This document shows, one piece after another, positions 53,051 through 64,000 of a stretch of DNA of 64,000 nucleotides. Position 1 is the first letter of the stretch. Each line of letters opens with the position of its first letter. Under the pieces are notes generated by a model. The model worked only from the letters and a program-made list of their open reading frames with translations, had not been told where the DNA came from and ran no database searches. The DNA comes from the human T2T-CHM13v2.0 reference genome, Homo sapiens, in assembly GCF_009914755.1 (NCBI RefSeq), contig NC_060947.1, one strand, 5' to 3'. The position numbers were made by a program, and so were the translations under genes.

Positions 53051-55357
53051 CCCACTTTATCTAAACTGTAGTTCAAGGGAAGGAACAAGATGACTGGCTA
53101 GATAAAGCAAGGAAGCACCTCTTACACCAAAAGAAAGCAAAATATTTAGTAAACCATCACACTTTGAACAGACATTTTGAGAGAAAATACTGCAAGTCAA
53201 TAGATAGGTGATACAGACACTGAGGCTGAAGAGGGAGGAAGCTAGGAAACTCACATCCAGTCACCAAGCACCAAGACCAGCTCACAGTCCTTAACAGGTC
53301 CTAAGGAAGTGATGAGTGAAGAAACAGTGGGGCACCACACTCCCACAGTGGATCTCTGAAATCCTAAATACAAGACATCCCATGACCCACATAAACATTT
53401 GAATTGACAGAGCAAACTGCATGGAGAGTAGGTGAAGGCAGAGCTCAAACATGTGCAGACTCCAGAAGATTTTATGGCATGCAGAGGAGCTGCAGCAAAA
53501 TGCGACCATAGGTGTCCATTTGCCAAGGTTTTCCATTTTTATCTAAGTGGCTGTAGCCCCAGCTGTCTGTTAGGCCAGGAAAAAGCAGGCCTTCCTTTCC
53601 TGTTAGACCAGGGCACATTTTATCTACATGTCCCCTTCTCTGCTGGCCCTTCCTAAGGTAGCCTGCCTGGCTGCTTCTGCAAGAGGATGCACACAGCACA
53701 CAATTCACTGCCTCACCTTCGTGTGTTGTTGGTGGCTTGGGAGCAGTTTGGCTCCACCAACACAGCTAGTGTTTGACCCCAAGGACCCAGAAGAAAATGC
53801 CACAGGCCCAGTCCCAACCCTCTAGTGTTTGAGCACACAGCCCAGGGTTATTGAGCTGAGATCTGTGGCCTGAGCTTGAGCCAGAGAAGAGCCCCCTGTT
53901 TCAGAACACTGCAAAGCATAAGGAATGTGTTTGTGTGCTGAAATAGGAGCTAGGCATTCCTTCCTCTGCAAGACTGGCCTGGGTTGGCCTGTTGGCCAGC
54001 TACAGCTTTTGTCTGAGGGAGCCATGTGAACCAGAACACCTGGAACAACTCAGCGATCTGGGCACAGAAGGCCTGGGACAAATCTAGCTGGTCAAGCCTG
54101 CACATGAGGAGACACCAAAGGGAGACTCAGACAGAAAACTGCAAGCTTGGAGGAACCCACAGCCATCTGCTGGGAAAAAAAAATCCCCAGGCTGCAGGTG
54201 CTACACTAGATGCAAACCTATAGAACCACCACCCTACCTATGAATTCTCTGCCCTTTATACACTGCATCACCAGACCACTCACAGACATACTCCACAACC
54301 CACTGTGACCCTGCCAAGTTGAGAGAACCAGTGGATCACTGAGGAGTTGCAGGTCTCCCAGTGGCCTAACCTTCAGCTCAAGTCACCCCAAGTGAAGGGG
54401 GAGTGCAGCCCATAGGGGTCCCCTTGAAGGTAAAGAAATGTGGGTGCAGCTCCAGTGATCAAAGGGGCTCTCCCCAGGCCTAGGAACAGACTTGGCGAGG
54501 GGGTAATCTCTCATCCCCATCCCCCAACTGCCCCTTCCCAGAGCAGTGCTGCATATGCATTGAAATAGAAAAGAGGCATGAAGCTAAGAATCTCTCTGCG
54601 GATACTTACTCTTAAGCACCATCTACTGGATTGTAGCCTGCATTACACCACAAAGCAAAAACAAATTCCTTCAGCACCCAGTCAATGCCGGTAAAACCCA
54701 ATTCAGAAAGCCAGCTACAACTAAGATGCTCATATGCCTTGGCTTTCTGAGAGAACCCAGAAATAAAGCAAATTGACTATACCCAACATACACCACAGTC
54801 AAACCCTCAAGAGAAAAAAAGAATATAAAAACCAAAATTTTAATTTAAACAACAACAATTTAAAAAGAAAAAGGAACACTAACCCCTTCGGATGAGAAGG
54901 AATCAGTGCAAGAAATCAAACAACTTAAAAGGTCATAGTGTTGTTCTTTACTAGAGGATTGCATTAGCTCACTAGCAATGGATTCTAACCATGTTGAAAT
55001 GTCTGAAGTGACAGACATAGAATTCAGACTGTAGATGTCAAGGAAGCTTAATGAGATTTAAGAGAAAGTTGAAATCTAATCAAAGGAGGTAGGTAAAATG
55101 ATCCCAGAGTTGAAAAGTGACATAGACATTTTAAAAAATAAGTAAACTAAATTTCTGAAACTTAATAATTTACTACAGAAATGTCAAAGTATAGTTGGAA
55201 GACTTAAAATTAGACTAGAACAAGTAGAAGAAGGAATGTCAGAGCTTGAATACTCTTTCTTTGAATCAACCCAGTCAGACCAAAGTGAAGAAAAAAGAAC
55301 AGAAAAATGAGCAGAGCCTTCAAAAAATTTGGGATTATGTAAACAAACCAAACCTAT

Positions 55358-55934
55358 TGAGGCAGCAGAATAGGGCCTGGAGGCAGGGAATATGGGGCCA
55401 ATCCATGCTGACTTCCTAGAACTAAAGCAAATGAAAGCACTTTAGCAATGACAGGAATGTGAATGGTTTTGTAACTTCACTTCATCCTCTCTATTCACGC
55501 CATTTACACTTTGTAACTGCACATTCATCCTCACCATTTACATAGACCACATGCTCCAGGTAACATGCTCTCCTTTTACACTTTGCAACTTCATATTTAT
55601 CCTCTCCATTTACATAGACCACACACACCAAGTAACAGCTTCTCCATTTACAATAGGGTGCATTCTGAGTAAATGACTTTGTGACTTCACTTCATTCTCT
55701 TCATTTACATAGAATATTCACCAAGTAACCAATGGGAAACCACTAGAGTATTGAAACCCCAGAAAATTCTGTAAGTGGAGCTCTTGAGCCTCCATGCTTG
55801 GGCCTGCTCCCACACTGTGGAGTGTATTTTTGTTCTCAATAAATCCCTACTTTTGCTTTCCTCACTTCATTTTTGCATTTTATCCAATTCTTTGTTTGAG
55901 ATGCCAAGAACTTGGACACCTTCTATCAGTAATA
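55358..55934 (+). mobile_element. MER51-family ERV1 solo LTR inserted in L1 ORF1
   Basis: tgaggcagcagaatagggcctggaggcaggg…gctgacttcctagaactaaa start; AATAAA ~55838; internal tandem repeats. Confidence 0.8.
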
Positions 55935-58900
55935 TATTGACACACTACCATATCTAAGAGAAAATGTGAGAGTAAACAATTTGGAAAACATATTTGTGGA
56001 TATGGCCCATGAAAATTCCTCCAATTTTTCTACAGAAGTTGACATTCAAATTCAAGAAATTCAGAAAACCCCTGAGACATACTATACAAGATGACTGCTC
56101 CAAGACATGTAGTCATCAGACATTCCGAGGTCAACATGAAAAAAATCTTAAAGAAATTTAGAGAAAAGGGTCAAATCATTTACAAGAGGAACCCCATCAA
56201 GGTAACAATGGAATTACTAGCAGAAAGCTTATAAGACAGAAGAGATTGAGGGCCTATTTTCAACATTCTTGAAGAAAACATATTCCAACAAAGAATTTCA
56301 TATTCCTACAAACTAAGCTTCATAAGAAAAGAAGAAATAAAAACTTTTTCATACATGGAATAACTAAGGGAATTTGTTTCCATTAAACCAGCCTTCTAAA
56401 AGATTCTTAAGGGAGTTCTAAAGATGGAAACAAAAGAACAATACTTGCTATAACAAAAACACAATTAAATACATAGCCCAGAGATGCTGTAAAGCAACTA
56501 CACTATCAAGACTACAAAGCAACTAGCTAAAATCACAACAGGATCAAAATTTCATATATCAATATCAATTTTGAATGTAAATGGCCTAAATGCCCCACTT
56601 AAAAAAAAAAAACAGAGAGTAGCAAATTGAATAAAACTATGACTCAATTATTGCTGTCTTCAAGAGGCCCATCTCACATGTAACTACACCAATGGGTGCA
56701 AAGTAAAGGGGTGGAGAAAGAGCTTTAAAAAAAAAGCAGGGATCACTATTTTTATATCAAATAAAACAGACTTTAAACAAAAACAGTTAAAAAAAGGACA
56801 AATAAGAGCATTACGTAGTGATAAATGGCTCAATTCAACAAGACTTAACTATTCTAAGTATACATACACCCAACATTAGAGCACCCAGTTTAATAAAACA
56901 TGTATGTCTAGAACTAGAAAAAGACTTAGACAGCCACAGAATAATAGTGGGGGACATCAACACCATACTGAGAATATTAGGTTGATTATCAAGGCAGAAA
57001 ACTGACAAAGAAAGTCTGCACTTAAATTAGACACTTGGCAAATGGGAACTAATATATATATTTCACCCATCATTCACAGAATATACATTCTTCTCATCTG
57101 CTCATAGAATGTACTCCAAGATTGATCCCATGCTCAGCCATTAAGCAAGTCTCAATAAATTTTTTAAAAAGTCATACCTAGCATAATCTCAGACCACAAT
57201 GGAATAAAAATATAAATAAATACCAAGAAGATCTCTCAAAAACCACAAAATTAATTGGAAACTGAAATACTTGTTCCCAAATGACTTTGGGGGTAAACAA
57301 GAAAATTAAGGCAGAAGTCAACAAATTCTTTGAAATAAATTAAAACAGAGATACAACAAAAAATCTCTTGCAACAAAAGCAGTGTTTAGATCAAAGTTTG
57401 TAGCACCAAATGCCTACATAAAGAAGTTAGAAAAGTCACAAATTGACAGTTTAACGTTGCACCTAGAAGAACTAGAAAGAAAGAGCAAACTAACCCCAAA
57501 GCTAGCAGAATAAAATAAACAACTGAAATCAGAGCAGAGTGGAATGAAATTGAGACATAAAAATTTATAAAAATGATCAATGAAACCAAACAGAGAAGAT
57601 CCAAATAAGCCCAATCAGATGACAAAGGTGACATTATAACTGATCCCACAGAAATACAAAAGGTCTTCAGAAACTATGATGAACACCTCTATGCACAGAA
57701 ACTAGAAAATTTAGATAAAATGGATAAATGTCTGGAAACACACAGCCTACTAATATAGGATCAGGAAGAAATTGAAACCCTGAACAGACTGATAACATGT
57801 TCCAAAATTGAATCTGGCATAAATACCAACCAAAAAAGCTGTGGACCACATGGATTCATAGTTAAATTCTACCAGATGTACAAAAAGTGTTGATACCAAC
57901 TCTACTTAAACTATTTTTAAAAATTTAGGCAGAGGGACTCTTCCTTAACTCATTCTACAAAACCAGCATCATCCTAATACGAAAGTCTGACAAACACACA
58001 TGAAAAAGTAAACTACAAGCCAACATTCATGATTAATATATATGCAAAAATCCTCAACAAATACTAGCAAAGTGAAACGAGTGGCACATGAAAAAGTTAA
58101 TTCACTATAATTAAATAGTCTTTATTCCTAGGATGCAATGTTGGTTCAAGATATGCAAGTCAATAAATGTGATTTATCACAGAAACAAAGTTAAAAACAA
58201 AAACTATGTGATCATCTCAAAAATCCTTTGATAATACCTAACATCTCTTCATGATAAAAACCTTCAACAAACTAGGCATTGAAGGAACATACCTCATAAC
58301 AATAAGAGTCATTTATGACAAACCCACAGCCAACATCCTACTGAAAGGGCAAAAGCTAGAGTCATTACCTTTCAGAACTGTATCAAGACTGGAACAAGCC
58401 CACTATCACCACTCCTATTTAACATGGTACTGGCAGCCCCAGCCAGAGCAATCAGGCAAGAACAAAAAATAAAAGGCACCCGAATAGGAAAAAAAAAAAA
58501 AGTCAAGCTCTCTCTCTTCATTGGTGAGATAATTCCATCCCTAGAACACCCAAAAGACTCTGCCAAAAGGCTACTGGAGTTGGTAAACAATTTTAGTAGG
58601 GTTTCACAAAACAAAATTAATATTCAAAAATTAGTAGCATTTCTATGCACCAGTATTATCCAGTTTGACAGTCAAATCCACAAAACAATTTTATTTATAA
58701 TAGCAACAAAAAAAGAAATAACTATAAATATAGCTAACCAAGAAGGTGAAAGATTTCTACAAAAAGAATTACAAAACACTGCTGAAAGAAATCAGCAACA
58801 ACAGAAATAAATGAAAAAAAATTATGCTAATGGATTGAAAGAGTCAATATTCTTAAAAGGCCATACTGCCTAAACCAATCTACATATCTAATGCTATTCT

Positions 58901-59761
58901 TACCCAAATACCATTGTTGTTCTTCAAAGATTTAGAAAAATTTATTCTAAAATTTATGTGGAACCAAAAAGGAGACTGGATAACCAAAACAATTCTAAGC
59001 AAAAAGAACAAACCTTGAGACATTACACTACCCAACTTACAACTATACTATAAGGCTGTGGTAATCAAAACAACGTGGTACTTGCACAGAAACAGACACA
59101 TAGACCAATGGAAGATAATAGAAAACACAGAAATAAAGCTGTACACCTCCAGCCATCTAACCATCAAGAAGGCTGACAAAAACAATGGGTGAAGGACTTC
59201 CTATTCAATAAACAGTGCTGAGATGACTGCTATGCTATAGACAGGAGAACGAAACTGGACCCTTACCTTTCAGTATACACAAAATTAACTGAAAATTGAT
59301 TAAAGATTTCAAGGTAAGACCTCAAACTGCAAACATCCTACAAGACAACTTGGGAAATACCATTCTTGACACTGGACTTAGCAAATAGTTTGTAAGTCCC
59401 CGAAAGCAATTGCAATGAAACAAAAATTGACAAGTGGGACCTAATTAAACTAAAAAACATTTGAACATCAAAAGAAACTCTCAACAGAGTAAACAGGCAA
59501 TCTACACAGTACCAGAAACTATTCATAAATTATGTATCCAACAAAGGTCTATTATCCAGAATCTAGAAAGACCTTAAACAATTAAACAATAAGAACCAAT
59601 TAATCCTAATAAAAATGGTCAAAAGGCATGGACACTACTCAAAAGAAGTCCTACAAGCATCCAGCAATCATATGAAAAAAGTTCTAAATCACTAATCATT
59701 AGGAAAATGCAAATCAAAACCACAATGAGACACCATCTAACATCATCTGTCAAAATCGCTA

Positions 59762-60075
59762 TTATTATTATTACTTATTATTTTAGTATTTGAGACAGAG
59801 TCTCACTCTGTCACCCAGGCTGGAGTGTAGTGGCACTATCTTGGCTCACTGCAGCATCTGCCTCCCAGGTTCAATCAATTAACATGCCTCAGCCTCCTGA
59901 GTGTCTGGGATTACAGGTGCATGCCACCACACACAACTAATTTTTTTGTATTTTTAGTAGAGACAGAGTTTCGCTATGTTGGCCAGGCTCATCTCAAACT
60001 CTTGCCCTCAAATGATCCACCAGCCTCAACCTCCCAAAGTGCTGGGATTACAGGCATGACCCACCATGTCTGGCC
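59762..60075 (-). mobile_element. Alu (AluS/J) with TAT-repeat tail
   Basis: tgagacagagtctcactctgtcacccaggc…ccaccatgtctggcc; TSD-like aatcgctatta/aattgctatta. Confidence 0.9.
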
Positions 60076-61074
60076 AAGAATTGCTATTATTAAAAAGTCA
60101 AAAAACAACAGATGCTGGTGAGGCTGCAAAGAAGAGGGAATGCTTATATACTGTTAGTGGGAATGTAAATTAGTTCAGCCACTGTGGAAAGAAGTTTGGG
60201 GATTTATCAAAGAACTTAAAACAAAACTACCATTTTACTCAGCAATCTCATTACTGGGTATATATCCTGAAAAAAATTACTAAAAAAAAGCTATGCACTC
60301 ATGTTTGTCACAGCATTATTCACAATAGAAAAGATAAGGGATCAATGTAGGTGCTCATCGATGGTGGAGTGGATTTTTAAAAATGTGGTATATATACACC
60401 ATGGAATACTACACAGCCATAAAGAGGAATGACATCATATCTTTTGCCACAACATGGATGCAGGAGACCATTATTCTAAGCAAATTAACCTCAGAACAAA
60501 AAGGCAAATACTACATGTTCTCACTTGTAAGCAAGAGCTAAATTTTGGGTACCCATGGATGAAAAGGTGACAACAACAAACACTGGGGACTACTAGAAGA
60601 AGGAGGGAGGGAAGGGTAAGGGTTTAAAAACTAGCTTCTAGTACTATGTTCACTCTCTGTGTGACAGGATTATTTGTATCCCAAACATTAGCATCACACT
60701 GTGTACCCATATAACACACCTGCACATGTACCCCCTGAATCTAACATGAAAGCTGAAATTATAAAACAGGTAAAATAAGTTCAACAGAATTTGGATGCTA
60801 ATTTTATATCCTGCAACTTTACTGAATGCATTTATTAATTCTGAAAGTGTTTTGGTGGAGTCTTTAGGGTTTCATACATCTGAGGTTATGTCATCTGCAA
60901 ACAGAGATAATTTCACTTTTTCCTTTTGATCTTAGCAGAAAAGCTTTCAGATTTTTATCATTGAGTATGATGTAAGCTATGGGATTTTTATATACGCTAT
61001 TTATTATGTTGAGTTATTTTTATACCTATTTATTTCAGAGTTTTAAAAATCATGTACTGAAGTCAACTTTTGGC

Positions 61075-61605
61075 AAGTATATATTGTTTTATTTTTATTT
61101 TTTACAGGTTCGTAGTAGGTCTATATATTTTTGGGTATATGAGATGTTTTGATACAGGCATGCAATGCATAGTAATTACATTATGGAAGATAGTGAGGCC
61201 ATCCAATCAAGCACTTATTTTTTGTGTAACAAACAATCCAATTATACTCCTATAGTTATTTTTAAATGTACAATTAAATTATTTCTGACTATACTGGACC
61301 TATTGTTCTGTCAACAGCAGGCCTTATTTATTCATTCTAACTATTTTGTGTATCCATTAACTATCCCACATTCCCAGTAGCTCCCTGATACCCTTCATAG
61401 TATCTGGTAGCCACCCTTCTACTCCCTGATCTCCATGGGTTCAATTGTGCTGATTTTTAGACCCCACAAATAAGTGAAAACAGGCAGTGTTTGTCTTTTA
61501 GTACCTGGCTTATTTTACTTAACATAGTAACTTACGGTTTCAACCATGTTGTTGCAAATGACAGAATCTCATTTTTTATGACTGAATAGAACTCTAGGGT
61601 GTATA
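61075..61605 (-). mobile_element. L1MA 3' end fragment
   Basis: gagatgttttgatacaggcatgcaatgcat, same type as at 42450. Confidence 0.8.
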
Positions 61606-61619
61606 TGTGCCCCCCGCCT

Positions 61620-61969
61620 TTTTTTTGTTTTTTAAAGAATGATGCAATAGTTTTATTTAAGTGTTGATTTTTTACATGAATAAACACTTTATTGGTGATT
61701 TCTGAGATTTTTGTGCACCTATCACTCAAGCTGTATCCAATGTATAGTCTTTTATTCCTCACCCCTTCCCATCCTTTCCCCTGAGTCCCCAAAGTCTATT
61801 GTATCATTCATATTTGCATCCACATAGCTTAGCTCTCACTTATGAGTGAGAACATACACTCTTTGGTTTTCCACTACTGAGTTATTTCACTTAGCATACT
61901 GGTATCCAATTCCATCCAGGTTTCTGTGAATGCCATTTTTTGTTCCTTTTTATGGCTGAGTGGTATTCC

Positions 61970-62016
<47 letters not shown>

Positions 62017-64000
62017 TATTTTCTTTATCCACTCATTGACTGATGGGCATTTGGGCTGGTTCCATATTTTTGCAATTGCAAATTGTGCTGCTATAACGTG
62101 TGTGCAAGTATCTTTTTTCTGAAATGACTTTTCTTATGGGTAGATACACAGGAGCGAGATTGCTGGATCAAATGGTAGTTCTAGTTTATTTCTTTAAGGA
62201 ATCTCCACAGTTTTCCATAATGGTTGTGCTAGTTTACATTCCCACAAACGTTGTAAAAGTATTCCTTTTTCACTATATCTATGGTGAAATCTATTATTTT
62301 TTGATTTTTTGATTATTGCCATTTTTGCAGGAGTGAGATGGTATCGCATTGTGGGTTTGATTTGCATTTCCGTGATAATTAGTAACGTTGAGCACTTTTT
62401 CATATGTTTGTGGCCCATTTGTTTATCTTCTTTTGAGAATTTTCTATTCATGTCGTTTGCTCACTTTTTGATCAGATTATTATTATTATTATTTTCTTGA
62501 TGATTTGTTTGGATTCCTTGTAGATTCTGGTCCTTTGTCAGATATTAGTCAGATATTAGTCCTTTGTCAGAACGGTAGATTGTGAAGATTTTCTCCAACT
62601 CTGTGGGTTGTCTGTTTACTCTGCTGCTGCTGATGATGATGATGATTATTATTACTTTTTTTGTTGTTGTGCAGAAGCTTTTTTGTTAAATTAAGTCCCA
62701 TCTATTTATCTTTGTTTTTATTGTATTGCTTTCGGGTTCTTGGTCATAAAGTCTTTGCCAAATCCAACATCTAGAAGGGTTTTTCTGATGTTATATTCTA
62801 GGATCTTTATGGTCTTGGGTCTTAGATTTAAGTCTTTGATCCATCTTGAGTTGATTTTTGTATAAGGTGGGGGATGAGGATCCAGTTTCATTCTTCTATA
62901 TGTGGCTTGTCAATTATCTCAGCACAATTTGTTTAATAGGGTGTCCTTTCCCCACTTTATGTTTTTGTTTGCTTTGTTGAAGGTCAGTTGGCTATAAGTA
63001 TTTTGGTTTACTTCTGAATCCTCAATTCTGTTCCATTGGTATATATGCCTATTTTTATACCAGTCCCATGCTGTTTTGGTGACTAGGGCCTTATAGTATA
63101 GTTTGAAGTCAGATAATGTGATGCCTCCGGATTTGTTCCTTATGCTTAGTGTTGCTTTGGCCGTGAAGGGTCTTTTTTGGTTTCCTATGAATTTTAGGAT
63201 TTTTTTTTCTAGTTCTGTGAAGAATGATGGTGGTATTTTGATGAGAATTGCATAGAATTTGTAGATTGCTTTTGGTAGTGTGGTTATTTTCAAAATGTTG
63301 ATTCTACCCATCCATGAGTATAAGATGTGTTTCCATTCGTTTGTGTCATCTATGATTTCTTTCAGCAGTGTTTTTTAGTTTTCTTTATAGAGATCCTTTA
63401 CCTCCTTCATTAGGTATATGTGCAAGTATTTTACTCTTTTGCAGCTATTGTAAAAGGGGTTGAGTTCTTGATGCTCAGCTTGGTCACTGTTGGTGTATAG
63501 AAGAGCTACTGATTTGTGTACATTACATTTTTATCCTGAGACTTTCCTGAATTCATTTACCAGTTCTAGGAGCTTTTTGAATGAGTCTTTAGGGTTTTCT
63601 AGGTATACAATTGTTATCAGCAAACAGTGACAGTTTGACTTCCTCTTTACCAGTTTGGATGACTTTATTTCTTTCTCTAGTCTGATTGCTCTGGCTAGGA
63701 ATTCCAGTACTATGTTGAATATAAGTGGTGAAAGTGGGCATCTTGTCATGCTCCATTTCTCAGGAGGAATGCTTCCAACTTTTCCCTATTCAGTATAATG
63801 TTGACTGTGGGTTTGTCATAGATGGCTTGTATTACTTTAAGGTATGTGCCTTCTATGCCAATTTTACTGTGGGTTTTAATCATAAAGGGATTCTGGGTTT
63901 TGTCAAATGCTTTTTCTGCATCTATTGAGGTGATCATGTGATTATTGTTGTTAATTATATTTACGTAGTGTATCACATTTATTGACTTGCATATGTTAAA
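61620..64000 (-). mobile_element. L1PB-type element (3' UTR and ORF2), runs off the window
   Basis: ORF2 peptide 62919..63311 (MGRINILK…LPKAIYKF…[11 protein letters not shown]); (TG)n at 61972-62015. Confidence 0.9.

Larger units (their letters stand above)
53078..60772 (+). mobile_element. Near-full-length old L1 (L1PA15-16/L1PB age), decayed, with LTR and Alu insertions
   Basis: 5' ggaacaagatgactggctag, GC-richer 5' UTR, ORF1 (~54900-56470), ORF2 peptides (58251..58810), 3' end gaatctaacatgaaagctgaaatt. Confidence 0.85.

Noticed and set aside
62530-62570. Short gtcagatatta duplication
   Set aside because: Small slippage duplication in an L1, with no sign of function

Overview
Mammalian (primate, almost certainly human X-chromosome) DNA. 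It has one protein-coding gene, the intronless MAGEE1 (27731-30604, +, 957 aa: a 30 x 12-aa repeat region plus two MAGE homology domains), with a CpG-island promoter and poly(A) signals. Most of the rest is decayed transposable elements: many L1s of different ages (one near-full-length L1PA), Alus, MER47, MER30, MaLR/ERV LTRs, L2 and MIR. The most interesting unannotated structure is an ancient ERVL-class provirus whose halves now point in opposite directions (5'LTR-gag-pro-RT on minus at ~9976-5015; integrase-env-like-3'LTR on plus at ~20210-24853), implying a cryptic ~15 kb inversion. The same provirus carries nested templated duplications (inverted arms of ~229 bp and ~285 bp, and a ~65 bp direct copy). 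A tailless 5'-half tRNA-Tyr retrocopy sits inside an L1 at ~43183-43214. Repeat subfamily names come from recalled consensus sequences and are tentative. I found no evidence of a new protein-coding system; most ORFs in the track are repeat-derived.
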